Below are positions 43,306-54,959 of a stretch of 64,000 bases of DNA, piece after piece (positions within the stretch are counted from its first letter, which is position 1; every line of letters starts with the position of its first letter). The notes beneath the pieces were generated by a model that was not told where the DNA came from, searched no databases, and saw only the letters and a list, made by a program, of their open reading frames with translations. A program made the translations under genes and the position numbers. Source of the DNA: Anaeromyxobacter sp. (GTDB taxonomy: Bacteria > Myxococcota > Myxococcia > Myxococcales > Anaeromyxobacteraceae); NCBI GenBank assembly GCA_049840735.1, contig JASGJN010000017.1, positions 32,001-96,000 of the forward strand, written 5' to 3'.

Positions 43306-43404
43306 GCCGGGCAGTCTACCTGAACCTGCTGGGCGCGCGGGCCCCACGCCTGCGCCCGACGTTCCGCCTGCCGCCCCTCACCCCGGGTGCGGTAAGGTCG
43401 CGGG

Positions 43405-44993
43405 ATGCTCCGCCACCCTGCCCACCTCCTCGCACCTCTCGCCCTCTGCCTGGCCTGCACCGGCTCGGCCGGCTCCGGCTCCGGCGCGGGCGGCGGCGGG
43501 TGGGGCACGCCCGAGATCCGCCTTCACGCTCCCCCGCCCCTCCGGCTCGACGCCGGCGCTCTATCACCCCGACCTGGTCTCCGAGTACCCGGACGTCGAC
43601 TGGTCCCACCTCGACCGGCTCTACATCCCGGCGGGCGAGTACCGGACCATCCTGCTGGGCGGACTGCCGGCGCGCAGCCCCAGCCGGCCGCTGGTGATCA
43701 CCAACCTGGGCGGCCAGGTGAAGGTGGGCGGGCTGGCCTCGAACTACGTCTTCGTGCTGCGCGGCGGGAAGAACTGGGTGCTCACCGGCCGCCACGACGC
43801 CGTGGCCGGCACCGGCGACGCGGCCTACCCGGGCCACGGCCAGGGCGGCTTCGCCCACAGCCAGGGCACCTACGGCTTCCTCGTCGACGACGCGTTCAGC
43901 AAGGCCGGCCTGAGCGGCCTGGCGGTGGGCGGCGGCGCCTCGGACTTCGAGCTGGACATGCTGGAGGTGACGCGGGCCGAGTTCGCCGGGCTCGTGATCA
44001 AGACCGACAACGACGGCACCGCGACCATGCGCAACGTCCACCTCCACGACCTCTACGTCCACGACGTGGGCTCGGAGGGGATCTACCTGGGCAGCACGCA
44101 GGCCCAGCCCCAGCACGCCTTCGAGGGGCTGCGCATCCACGACAACCGGATCCTGCGCACCGGCACCGAGGCGCTCCAGGTAGGCCAGCTGGGGAGCGGC
44201 TGCGAGAATCCACCACAACGTGCTCGGCCCGGGCGCGGTGCGCTGGCGCTCCGCCTTCCAGCAGTGGCAGGACGGCAACGTGCAGTACGGGCAGCGCTAC
44301 GGCAGCTCCTCGTTCCACCACAACGTGGTCATCGGCGCCGGGGACCTGTTCGTGGAGCTGTTCCCGACGCGGGTGGACGGCGACCCCCGGCGCGCCGCCG
44401 ACGCGGTGACGTTCAGCGACAACTACTTCGCCGACACGTCCTCCTCCGGCGTCTACACCCACGCCGTGGACACGGGGGTGACCATCCGCTTCGAGCGCAA
44501 CAGCTTCCGCGGCTTCCGCTTCAACTACGACGAGGTCTACCCCACCGCCGCCGAGCCCGCCGGCATCTTCTCGGTCGGCTCCGGGTCTCCCAACCCGCAC
44601 GTGCTCCGCGACAACGTGGTGGATGGGCCCTACCGCTTCCTGGCCTGGAGCTCATCGGTGGTCCAGGCCGAGAACAACCTGTCCGCCGCCGTCGCGCAGG
44701 TGCGGTTCCGGGACTTCATGGGCCCGGAGCTGGACGCCGACTACCGCCGCCTGGAGTGGTGGACGCCCCGCGCCACGCTCAGCCCGGACCAGCGGGTGGT
44801 GGTGTATCCGGCCGGCGCCCGGGTGCTGCAGGGCGGCCTCATCTGGGAGGCGCTGGTCGAGAACCAGGAGACGGAGCCGGCCGCCCATCCGGCGACGTGG
44901 CGCCAGCTCGCCCTGCCCGCCGATGACGTGCGCCTGACCGCGGACTCGCCGCACGCCGGGCTGGGGATCCGCTGGCCGGTGCCGGCGCCGTAG
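43405..44993 (+). CDS. lipoprotein with right-handed beta-helix and CBM5/12-like module (apparent frameshifts ~43519, ~44207)
   Basis: Lipobox CLAC; HDLYVHDVGSEGIYLG, IHDNRILRTGTEALQVG; YPAGARV..G.IW.A..P...W; both shifts are at GATC. Confidence 0.7.
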
Positions 44994-45101
44994 CGCTACC
45001 GGCCGCGGCGCGACTGTGGCAAGCCGCGCGGCACCTGGACGCCGGGCGCTTGCGGTTGGGGGCGCGCCTGGTGACCGCACCTCCCGGCCCGAGAAACGCA
45101 C

Positions 45102-46167
45102 GTGCGCCCTGGTCGCAGCCTCGCCCCCGTCTACCTGCTGCTCCTGCTCGCCGCCGCACCCGGCTGCGACTCCCCGCGCCCACCGTCTCCTCCTGCGCGC
45201 GCCTTCTACTCTGGCGGACGCGGCTGGAGCTCTCGCCGGCGGAGCGGGATGCCCTCGAGAAGCTCCACGCCACCCGGCTCTACGTCCGCTTCTTCGACGT
45301 GGAGTGACGCCGAGGGCGCCGGAGGTCAGCCGGTGGCGCCGCTCGCGGCCAAGCCCGGCGCGCTCCCCGGCCGGCGTGGAGGTGGTCCCGGTGGTCTTCC
45401 TGCGCGCGCAGGTCTTCGAGCGCACCCGGCCGTCGGAGCTGGCAGCGCTCGCGGCGCGGACCTGGCGCCAGGTGGGATCGCTCGCCCGGGCGGGCGGACT
45501 CTCCTTCCGCGAGCTGCAGCTCGACTGCGACTGGACCGAGTCTACCCGCGGCGCCTACTTCGCCTTCCTCGAGCAGCTCGACAAGGAGGCGCGGGCGGCC
45601 GGGGTGGCGCTGGGGGCGTCCATCCGCCTCCACCAGGTGATGCCCCGCGAGCGCACCGGCGTGCCACCGGTCGGGCGCGGCATGCTGATGTTCTACAACA
45701 TGGGCCGCCTGTCGGCGGATGCGGACGGCGGCTACATCTTCGACCCGCAGGCGGCCGCCCGCTACACCGCGCGGCTGCGCGAGTACCCGCTGCCGCTCGA
45801 CGTGGCCCTGCCGCTCTGGGCCTGGACCGTGCAGCTCCGCGGCGACGCGGTGGTGGGGCTGCTGCAGGCCACCAATCCCGACGAGCTGCAGGCCATCCCC
45901 TGGCTGGTCCCCGCCGGCCCGGGCCGCTTCACCGCCAGCAAGACCACCTTCCTGCACGGCGCGCTAATCCGCGAGGGCGACGTCCTCAAGGCCGAGCGGA
46001 TCGGCCCCGCCGAAGCCCGGGCAGCCGCCGAGCTGGTGGCCGGCGCCCTCCCACCCCCTGCCGCGGGCGACCACCCCCGCGCCGTCGCCCTGTTCAATCT
46101 GTCCGAGAGGAACCTCGCACGCCATGGCCAGCCCAGCCTCGACCAGCTCTTTCCGCTCTTCCAGTAG
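45102..46167 (+). CDS. DUF3142-like putative TIM-barrel lipoprotein (5' frameshifts)
   Basis: LYVRFFDV, ELQLDCDWT, IRLHQV, PPV.RGMLMFYNMG, YPLPLDVALP. Confidence 0.7.
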
Positions 46168-48303
46168 CTTCGCCGCGGTCGCCGCCCTGGCTGCGGTCCT
46201 CACGGCCCTCCCCCCGGCTCCAGCGCGGGCCTGCGGTGGCGGCGAGGGTGACATCCGCGAGGAGACCACCTTCGACCCGGCGGTGCTCGGAGACGCCCAG
46301 CTGGCCGGGCTCTTCTACAATCCCTACACCGAGGGCTGGGGCGAGCCCTGCTCCGGGGACTGCGCGCGCCAGGAGCTGCTGGCGGACTGGGCGCCGTACC
46401 TGGCAGGCGTGGACCCCAAGGACTGGGCGAAGGCGCTGTTCGACGCCGATCTCCAGACCATCGACAGCCTCATCTTCCACCTGCAGGGCAAGCAGCCCAA
46501 GCCGCCTGCCGGCTGGGAGAAGAGCTCGCTCACCGCGCTGCCGCCCGACGGCCGTGCCCGGGCCGTGAAGGCGCTCTTCCTGGCCGGCTTCGCTCGCCGC
46601 GTCGAGCCGCTCTCGGGCGAGCAGGACCTCGACTGGTCCGACGACAGCGCGGTGGCCTGGCAGAGGCGCAGCAAGCGGTCTGGCGAGGCGGAGAAGCTGC
46701 AGCGGAGCGGTGAGAAGGCCTTCGCCGCGGCGACCGACCCCTTCCTGCGCCAGCGCTACGGCTTCCTGCTGCTGCGGCTCCGCTTCTATCGCCAGGACTG
46801 GGCCGGCGTGGCGGCGTTCCACAAGGCCAACACCGCGGCGCTGGAGGGGCCGTCGGACAGCCTGAAGTGGCGCGCAAGCCATTACCTGGCCGGCGCGTCC
46901 TGGCGCATGAAGAAGTACGCCGACGCGAACCTGGAGCTGGCCCGCGTGGCGGCCAACGCGCCTCGCCTGGCCGGCAGCGCCGTCCGTGACTTCCACCCCC
47001 ATGGAGGAGGCCGACTGGCAGGCCACGCTCGCCAGGGCGACCACCCCGCAGGAGAAGGCTTGGCTCTGGGCGCTGGTGGGGATCACGCAGGACGGCGCCG
47101 CGGCCATCGACGAGATCGTGAAGCTGGATCCGGGCTCGCGCTGGCTCCCGCTCCTCGCCCTGCGCGAGGTGAATCGGCTCGAGGCCGGGCAGAAGGACCT
47201 GGCCGGACTCGAAAGGCGCTGCCTGGACCTCGCCTCACGGAAGGGCGTTGACCGCCCCTGGGTGTTCGAGGCCGTGGCCGGTCACGCGGCCGCCTTGAGA
47301 GGCGATCTCCCGGCCGCGCGCGCCCGCCTGGCCAGCGCCGCCCACCACGCCCCTGCCGGCAATGCGCTGCTGCAGGAGCAGGTCCGCGCCAGCCTGGCGC
47401 TGGCCATCGCCCGCTCCTGGAAGCCGGGCGACGACAAGCTGGGGGCGGAGCTGGTGCAAGTGCTCCCGCCGCTCGGCGAACACGGCTGGAGCGCGCTCTC
47501 GACCGCGGAGACGGAGGTGCGCAAGAGCCTCGCCAAGGCCTGTGCCAGGGCCGGGAACCGTGTCGATGCCGAGCTGTTCTACCCCTTCTCCTCGGTGGGT
47601 CCGGACAAGGCGCACTGGGGCGAGCAGGCCTTCGTGGAGGCGCTGATGAAGCGCCACGCGACGCCCAGGACGCCCTTCGAGCAGTACATGGTGAAGGGCT
47701 CCGGGTTCACCCAGGACGGCCTGCGCGCCGAGCTGGGGCGGCTGCACCTGGTGCACGGGGACTACGCGGCCGCGAAGCAGGCGCTGGCCAGCCTCGCCCA
47801 GGCGCCGAAGCTCGGCGCCCATCCTTTTCGTGATGCACATCGTGGACTGCCACGACTGCGACCAGGAGAAGTACGCCGACGCGCCCTGGACGTTGCCGAG
47901 CTACGCGGCGCGGCTGGCCACGCTGGAGCAGGCCGCAAACGGCCCGGGCGAGGAGGCGGCCAAGGCGGCCTACGAGCTGGGGAGCGGGCTCTACAACCTC
48001 ACCTGGAACGGCAACGCCCGCGCGGCGTTCGACGGCGCCCACCTCGACCGCCCGGACACGACCGCGGCCGAGGCCTGGTTCAAGCGCGCCTACGAGCGCT
48101 CCTCGAACCCCGAGCTCAAGGCCAGGGCCGCCACCATGGCGGCCAAGTGCGAGCTGGCGCGGGACGAGGAGGCGCAGGCGTCGAAGACCTGGTACCCCGC
48201 GCTGCGCGGCCTGGCCGGCACGGCCTACGAGAAGGAGGTCCTCGGTGAGTGCGGCTGGTACCGGGACTGGAAGAGAGGCGGCGCTAGGCCGAGGAAGAAG
48301 TGA
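46124..48303 (+). CDS. large exported helical/TPR-like protein (frameshifts ~47000, ~47826)
   Basis: Signal peptide ..ARACGG; three consecutive ORF fragments with coherent helical repeats; overlaps the upstream gene. Confidence 0.65.
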
Positions 48304-49463
48304 CGCCCTCCTGGCGCCGCCGCCCCTTCCCCAGCGGCTGCGCCAGGGCCACCACCAGCAGCGCCGGGATGGCGGCCAGGTAGGCCGTGCGCAGCTCCAT
48401 CCCGGCGGCGATTCTGCTCCAGGGCCAGGGGCGCGCCCAGCACCGCCACGCCCGAGGCCACCGTGGCCAGCGCAGAGCCGCGCCGCAGGCCCAGCCCGGG
48501 CGTCTCCACCAGGCGCGCCTGCGCCACCGGGTAGAGCGCGGAGATGCCCAGCCCCGCGGCGGTCATGCCCACCGCCACCAGGGCCGGCCCCACCGGCGCG
48601 GTCACCAGCAGCGTCCCGGCCACCGCCAGCGTCACGCCCACCCCCACCGCCGAGAGCCGCCCCAGCGAACGCGGCCCGGCCAGCCGCCCCAGCCCCATGC
48701 CGATGGGGAAGGCAACCGCCGCCGCCGCGGCGCCGGCCTCGCTCAGGCCGCTGTCCTTGAGCCGCGCCGCGCCCCACACCAGGAAGGCGAACTCCGGGCA
48801 GACGGCGGCCACGATGGCCAGCCAGCGGACCGCGACCTGGAACGGCGGGACGTGCTCGTGGACGCCGGGCGAGACCGGGAGCTCGGGCGGCAAGGGATGC
48901 AGCGGCGCGCGCCGCAGCCGGAGCAGCAGCCAGAGCAGGGCCGGCACCGGGGCCAGCAGGGCCAGGCGCCCGTGGCCGGTGAGCCGATCGATGGCCCCCA
49001 GCAGCACCGGCGCTCCCACGCCGGCCAGGCTGCTGGCGGCGTTGACGCGGGTGAGCCGCGCGGCCACCCCCGCGCCGGTGATGAGCGCCGGCGCGGCCAG
49101 CACCACCCCCGCGCCGCCCACGCCGATCAGCAGCGCGCCGGCCTGCGCCGGCAGCACGGCGGGCGCCAGCGCCAGCAGCGCCGAGCCGGCGGCCAGCCCC
49201 AGGCAGCCGACCACCAGCAGCCGAGCCGCCCCCAGGTGCAGCACCGCCCGCCCGCCACCGCCCACCACCAGCAGCGCCACGCCGAAGCCGGCCGAGAGCC
49301 AGGCCAGCTCGCCGCGGGGCACCGCCAGGTCGCGCGAGAGCAGGATCAGGCACCCGCCCAGCCCGCCCAGCAGGTAGCCGAGGCAGGCGAAGGAGACCCC
49401 TACCGCCGCGTCCGCGCGGCCGGCCGCGCCCGGCTCCTCCACCGCCTCGATCTTGGTCGCCAT
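48284..49463 (-). CDS. MFS transporter (apparent frameshift ~48412)
   Basis: About 12 hydrophobic segments, GMGLGRLAG; shift at GATTC. Confidence 0.75.
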
Positions 49464-49508
49464 GTGCGGCGCGGAGTATAGCCCCCTGCCGGTTGGCGCG
49501 CGCCCCAG

Positions 49509-49893
49509 TCAACGCAGCAGGTCCCCCCGCGGCGGCGACCAGGCATCGACGGCCCTGGCCGGCAGCGCCTCCGTCCACGCCGCGTGGGGCGCGTTGGCGG
49601 GCAACGCCAGCACCTCCCCCGGGCCGACCCGCAGCACCGAGCCATCCTCCACCTCGAAGAAGAGCTCTCCCTCCAGCACCAGCGTGATTCTGCTCGGCCT
49701 CGTGCTGGTGCGCCGGGAAGCGCGCCCGCGCCGCCAGCTCGTAGTACGTCAGCATGGCCCGCTGGAGGGCCACGCCCCACATCGCCGCGCCGGGCACGTC
49801 CGGGCGGAGCGGCAGCTGCTCCCGGGTGAAGTGGCGCGACGCGCGCGCCGGAGGGATGGAGGCGGCCGGAGGCGAGTCAGCTGGATCGGACAT
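49509..49893 (-). CDS. cupin domain protein (apparent frameshift ~49688)
   Basis: Repaired sequence PAHQHEAEQITLVLEGEL..PANAPH..DAWSPPR. Confidence 0.82.
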
Positions 49894-50009
49894 GGCGCCA
49901 GGCTAGCGCGGGCCAGGCATCCTTCACATGGCGCGCCTTGCCGCCCTCACGGGCGGTCACACGACCCGGTCTCCCTCGTCTCCGGGGCTGTGCTCCGCGC
50001 GGGCCCGGT

Positions 50010-50831
50010 TCAGCGCTTCGGGTGGGCCAGCAGCCAGGCGTAGACGTCCCCGACCGCCGAGCCGTCGTAGACGCGGGTCCAGACGTCGTGGCCGGCGCCG
50101 GGGAACTCGGTCCACTCGGCGGCGCGCGGCGCCGGCGCGCTGCAGCCCTGCAGCTGCGCGAGCGTGTCGCGGTCGTTGCCGATGCCGACCACCGTGTCGG
50201 CGTCGCCGTGCAGCGACCAGACCGCCACCTCGCCCAGCCCGCACCCCGACCGCCCCCAGGCGCTCCAGCTCGACGCGACCGGGCCGGGATCGCCGGCGAT
50301 GAGCAGCGCCGCGGCCACCCGCTCCCCGCGGTGCTGACCCAGGTAGCCCCAGCCGCCGATGGCGCCGCAGGAGAGGCCGGTGAGCAGCACCTTGCGCGGG
50401 TCGATCCGGTAGGCGTCCACCGCCCAGGCCAGGAAGGCGTCCACCTCGGCCGCCGTGGGGCAGCCGCTGCCGACGTGCTGCGGCGAGAGCACCACCATGC
50501 GCCGCTCCGGCGGCCAGGCGTCGCGCGCGATCAGCTTCGGCGGCCCGTTGCGCGCCACGTTCGCGAGCGCGGTGGTGCCGTCGCCGTTCTCGCCGATGCC
50601 GTGCAGGAAGACCAGCAGCGGCCAGCGCCCGCCGGCGTCGTAGCCGGGCGGCAGGTACTCCAGGAAGCCGCTGGGGGCGCTGGTGCTGCCCAGCGGACGC
50701 GCCTGCTGCCGCGCCGACGAGGGACCGGGGTCGGGCGGGATGGGCGGCAGGCCGTCGCCGCCGTCCACGCCGGCGCAGCCGGCCACGATCGCGCCCAGGA
50801 ACGTGGCCAGGAGCATCACGGGCAGTCGCAT
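50010..50831 (-). CDS. alpha/beta hydrolase lipoprotein (phospholipase/peptidase-like)
   Basis: Lipobox VAGC, PLLVFLHG.GE, TGLSCG, HGDAD, GHDVW. Confidence 0.85.
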   Translation of the reverse strand: MRLPVMLLATFLGAIVAGCAGVDGGDGLPPIPPDPGPSSARQQARPLGSTSAPSGFLEYLPPGYDAGGRWPLLVFLHGIGENGDGTTALANVARNGPPKLIARDAWPPERRMVVLSPQHVGSGCPTAAEVDAFLAWAVDAYRIDPRKVLLTGLSCGAIGGWGYLGQHRGERVAAALLIAGDPGPVASSWSAWGRSGCGLGEVAVWSLHGDADTVVGIGNDRDTLAQLQGCSAPAPRAAEWTEFPGAGHDVWTRVYDGSAVGDVYAWLLAHPKR

Positions 50832-50953
50832 GGCGCGAACCTATCACGCTGCGTGCGGCCCCGTCCCGGGTTGGCCTCCGCCGCGCCGCGCCGCGAGGTG
50901 GGGGCAGGCGACGCCAGCGCGCACCCGTCACGGCGCCGGTGTAGGCTTGGGCC

Positions 50954-53206
50954 GTGTCCTGGCTCCCCTTGCTGGCCGCCCTCAGCCTCGCCGCCCCTGC
51001 TCCTCCCCGGCGCCCCGCCGAGCCCGCGCCCGTCCGCGCCGAGCCGCCGGCGGTGCCGCGCCTCGATGGCATCCCCAGCATGGTGGCGGCGGCCCGCTGG
51101 TGCCAGGCGCCGGTCCGGAAGGCGGACGCGGTGGCCTGGGAGCGGCTCAAGGTCAGCTCCGTCTGCTCGATCCTCCTGCAGGCGCCCGGCAACGCCACCG
51201 CGCAGGATTTGATCGCCACGCTGGCCAGCCGAAACCGGCTCTCCAGCGAGTGCGCGCGCCGCGTCCTGGCCGCCACGCAGCTGGGCTGGGTGGTGGCTCA
51301 CACCGAGAACGACCTGCTCGCCTCGCGCGCCTTCGTCGAGGCGGCCCGGGGCTGCCCGGGCAACCCCGCCGTGCTGGCCGAGTTCATGGCCAGCGGCCTG
51401 CCGGACCGCGGCACCTACCTCGACGCGCTGGAGCTGGCCCCGGATCCGGCCGGGCTGGCGGATCAGCTGCTCACCGCGGCGCTGCCCGACCTGCAGGAGG
51501 CAGGCTTCGGCTGGGTCAACGCGCTGCGCGCCGAGCTGCTGGTCCGGCGCAAGGGGGCGGTCGCCGGCGCCGTGGCCTCGCCCGACCTGCCCGACCAGCG
51601 CTCGGCCTACGGCTGGGCCCAGGGGACGGAGCTGGACGCCGTGGCGGTGGAGCTCACGCTGCTCGATCGCCAGCGCCGCGCAGGCGCCGGCGCGGAGGAG
51701 ATCGCCGCCACCGCCGCGCGGGCACTGCGGGCTGCCCTGCCCGGCTGGCCGCTGGCGGCGGCGGACATCTGGGGGCGCCTCCGCCCGGCGGAGCGGCCCC
51801 AGGCCCTGGCGCCCCTGGGCGCCGACAACCTGGACCTTGCCGCGGCGCTGCTGGCCTTCGGGGCGCCGGCCGACGCGCGGGCGCCCTGGGAGGCCTACCT
51901 GGCCGCCGCGGAGGGCACCAAGGACGCGCGCCGCCTGCTGGCGGCGGCGGTGGTGCGAGCCCGGGTCGAGGATCGCCGGCTCGACCTGACCACCCTGCCC
52001 GGCGCGGGCGACACCACCGAGCTGGTGGCCGCGCTGGGCCGGGAGGGGTTCGGGCCGGAGCCGCTCCTCCCGCCCGCCACCGCGCTGGCGGCGCTGCCGC
52101 TGCTGAAGGACGATCCTGGGCTGGCGCGCACGCTGCTGGACGATCCCGGCGGCGACCGCGGCGTGGTGGTGATCCCGCCCGAGCCCGCCGAGCCCTCCAC
52201 GGTAGCGCGCCTCCTCCCGGACGCACGGCGGGCGCTGGCCGCGCTGGAGCAGGCGCAGGACCGTCGCGTGGAGAAGGCCAGGGCGCCGCTGGCGGCGGCC
52301 ACGCCCGCGGAGCAGCGCGTGACCGCCACGGTGGCGCGGCTGCTGCGGGCGCCGCTGCCCGCCCCGTTCACGGCCCGCCCCGTGCCCGGGGCCTCGCCCC
52401 GCACGCTGGTGGTGTCGCGCGAGTGGCTCCGGGCCGAGCCTCCGCGGCCGCCGCGCGGGGCCAGGCCGCGCTTCGCGCTGGAGCTCTCCGGCGACCCGCT
52501 GCTGGACGGCTACCACCTGGTGGAGCGGGGCGCCTCGGGCCAGCCGGTCCGGACCTTCCTCGGCCTGCGTCCCGGGAAGCCGTACGTGATCGCGCCGGAC
52601 GCCACGCCCGAGCTGACCGGCGGGCTCCTGCGCATCCAGGCCACCATCGAGCAGATCGACGATCGGCCCGCCGGAGAGGAGGGCCCCTCGCCGGTGCGCG
52701 TCCGCGGCGGGCCGGTGGTGCTGGAGGCCTCGCTGGACGAGCTGCGGCGTGACACCGACGGCGACGGGCTCACCGATCTCGCCGAGGCCTACCTTGTGAC
52801 CGATCCCGAGGACCGCGACACCGATCGCGACGGGGTCCCGGACGGCGCCGATCTGCTGCCCCAGGTCCCCTCGGCGGCGCAGACGCCCTCGGGCGAGGCG
52901 GTCACGGCGGCCCTGCCGCTGGTCTTCAAGGGGGCGCTGCGGCTCGGCGCCGTCCAGGGCGACCGCTCCGCCTGGCGCGGCGTCAGCCCCCCGTCCCGCG
53001 CCCTCGTGCTGCAGGTGGACGAGCTGGAGCAGGCCCGGCAGAAGCTGGGCTGGTTCGAGCGGGTGGCGCTGTCGCCGGTGCACGTGGCCGCGGACGGCCG
53101 CTCGGCGCTGGTCCGCTACTTCGGCAGATCGAGCGGCGGCAGCTACATCCTGCGCCGCACCGCCACCGGCTGGACCGCCACGGCGCGCGGCGACTGGATG
53201 AAGTGA
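50954..53206 (+). CDS. hypothetical exported protein with DxDxDG Ca-binding repeats
   Basis: Signal peptide; DTDGDGLTDLAE..TDP..DTDRDGVPDGAD. Confidence 0.65.
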   Translation: MSWLPLLAALSLAAPAPPRRPAEPAPVRAEPPAVPRLDGIPSMVAAARWCQAPVRKADAVAWERLKVSSVCSILLQAPGNATAQDLIATLASRNRLSSECARRVLAATQLGWVVAHTENDLLASRAFVEAARGCPGNPAVLAEFMASGLPDRGTYLDALELAPDPAGLADQLLTAALPDLQEAGFGWVNALRAELLVRRKGAVAGAVASPDLPDQRSAYGWAQGTELDAVAVELTLLDRQRRAGAGAEEIAATAARALRAALPGWPLAAADIWGRLRPAERPQALAPLGADNLDLAAALLAFGAPADARAPWEAYLAAAEGTKDARRLLAAAVVRARVEDRRLDLTTLPGAGDTTELVAALGREGFGPEPLLPPATALAALPLLKDDPGLARTLLDDPGGDRGVVVIPPEPAEPSTVARLLPDARRALAALEQAQDRRVEKARAPLAAATPAEQRVTATVARLLRAPLPAPFTARPVPGASPRTLVVSREWLRAEPPRPPRGARPRFALELSGDPLLDGYHLVERGASGQPVRTFLGLRPGKPYVIAPDATPELTGGLLRIQATIEQIDDRPAGEEGPSPVRVRGGPVVLEASLDELRRDTDGDGLTDLAEAYLVTDPEDRDTDRDGVPDGADLLPQVPSAAQTPSGEAVTAALPLVFKGALRLGAVQGDRSAWRGVSPPSRALVLQVDELEQARQKLGWFERVALSPVHVAADGRSALVRYFGRSSGGSYILRRTATGWTATARGDWMK

Positions 53207-53281
53207 CTCATGGCCGGCGGCTTCGTGCTCCTGCAGGCGCTGCCCACCGTCCACCTCGGCCTCGGCCGCAGCTCCTGAGCG

Positions 53282-53732
53282 TCACCCCTCGCGCGTGAGC
53301 CCGTCCACCATGCGGGCCGCGCTGCGGACCAGCGCCGGGCAGCGGGTCTGGAAGAGCCCCTGCTTCGAGGCAGCCTCGCGCCCACCTGGCGTGCCCAGAT
53401 CTACGCCCAGCAGCTCGCGGCAGACGTCCGAGCCATGCTCGGCCCGGAACCGCGCCAGGAGCGCGTGCGTCTCGGCGTAGGTCCGCTCCCGGGCCGCCTC
53501 GTCCTCGATTCCGGCTCCGCCCGTGCATGAGCCCGAGCGCCATCAGGCCACCGGTGACCGCGCCGCAGGTCGAGCCGGAGCGCGCGATGCCGCCGCCGAA
53601 CGCGCAGGCGACCTTGAGCGCCGCGGGCCGCTCCAGCCCGCCGCGCTCGGCGAAGGCGGCCAGGACGGCCTGGCTGCAGGTGAAGCCCTGCGCGAACAGC
53701 TCGGCGGCGACGTCCTCGGGAGCGGATGACAT
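53282..53732 (-). CDS. C_GCAxxG_C_C family putative redox protein (apparent frameshift ~53509)
   Basis: CSQAVL, FGGG, TCGAVTG, then CRELLG and RC after repair. Confidence 0.85.
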
Positions 53733-53908
53733 GCACTCCATTGTAGGGGCTCCCGCTCGGGGACCCCCAGCTTTTCCCGCCCGCGACGCTGGAGCCTCGC
53801 ATACAGGCCCTGAGGGACCCAGGCGATGACCTCCCCGCTGGACATCGACCTCGACGACTCGGCGGCCCCTCCGCGACGCAACCTCTTCCTGCAGGGCGTG
53901 GTCGCCTC

Positions 53909-54340
53909 GTGAGCACCCCGGTCCCGCTGAGCGTGCTCGCCGCTCCCGCCGACCACAGCCTGGCGCTCGACTGGCGCGCCGGGCACGAGGGCGAACCGCT
54001 CTACCGCGCCTTGCTGGTCTCGCCGTCGCGCGAGGCGGCGCGGAACGGCCTGGACCCGTCCTGGGGTACCGCTGTGGTGACGCCGGGTGAGTACCAGGGG
54101 GCGCTGGCCGCGGTGGAGCGGAACGGCTTCGACTGGGAGGACGGCGAGCCGCCCTCGGGCGCCAGGGGCTACGTGGCGCGCGTGGACGCGGGCGGCCGGG
54201 TGGCCCACGCCCAGCTGGGCGCCGACGGGCGCACTTTGCGGGCGCTGGAGACCATCGGGCTGGCGCTCCAGCCGGCGCACCGGGGGCTGATGGACCGCGT
54301 GGTCCGGCGGGCCCGGGTGGCGCTGCACACCCTCCCCTGA
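53909..54340 (+). CDS. hypothetical protein
   Basis: Fills the gap before the NADAR gene with host-like codon use. Confidence 0.5.
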   Translation: MSTPVPLSVLAAPADHSLALDWRAGHEGEPLYRALLVSPSREAARNGLDPSWGTAVVTPGEYQGALAAVERNGFDWEDGEPPSGARGYVARVDAGGRVAHAQLGADGRTLRALETIGLALQPAHRGLMDRVVRRARVALHTLP

Positions 54341-54383
54341 CCCCCCTCGCCCTCACCTCGGCGCGGCGCAGTACACTGCGGCC

Positions 54384-54959
54384 ATGGCCCTCCCGCTCGA
54401 CCTCGAGGCCCTCCGCGCCGCGCTCCGCGCCGGCCAGTCCTTCCGCTACCGCTTCTTCTGGGGCCACACGCCCGGCGAGGACGGAGCGCTCTCGGACGCG
54501 GTGTTCAGCCAGTGGTGGCCCGCCACCTTCGAGCTGGAGGGGCACGTCTACCGCACCGCCGAGCAGTGGATGATGGCGGAGAAGGCGCGGCTCTCCGGCG
54601 ACGAGGCCACCCGCGCCGCCATCCTGGAGGCGCCCGAGCCGGCCCGGTCCAAGAAGCTGGGGCGCCAGGTGAAGGGGTTCGACGAGGCCCGCTGGGCGGC
54701 CGTCCGGTTCGACCTGGTCACGACCGGCAATCTCGCCAAGTTCGAGCAGGACCCGGCCCTGCGCGCCTACCTGCTCTCGACCGGCGACGACGTGCTGGTC
54801 GAGGCCTCGCCCTTCGACCAGATCTCGGGGATTCGGGCTGGAGGCCGCCTCGCCGGCGGCCCAGGACCCGGCCACCTGGCGTGGCCAGAACCTGCTCGGC
54901 TTCGCGCTCATGCGGACGCGCGCGGTGCTCCGGGCGAGCTGCCGCCACCCCGGCGCTGA
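54384..54959 (+). CDS. NADAR/YbiA family protein (apparent frameshift ~54832)
   Basis: FSQWW, TAEQWMMAEKA, K.LGR, KFEQ, LVEASPFD; WRGQNLLGFALM lies in the shifted frame. Confidence 0.88.
   Translation: MALPLDLEALRAALRAGQSFRYRFFWGHTPGEDGALSDAVFSQWWPATFELEGHVYRTAEQWMMAEKARLSGDEATRAAILEAPEPARSKKLGRQVKGFDEARWAAVRFDLVTTGNLAKFEQDPALRAYLLSTGDDVLVEASPFDQISGIRAGGRLAGGPGPGHLAWPEPARLRAHADARGAPGELPPPRR

Noticed and set aside
47840..47870. CHDC as a heme c attachment site
   Set aside because: Sequence is CHDCD, lacking the His of CxxCH
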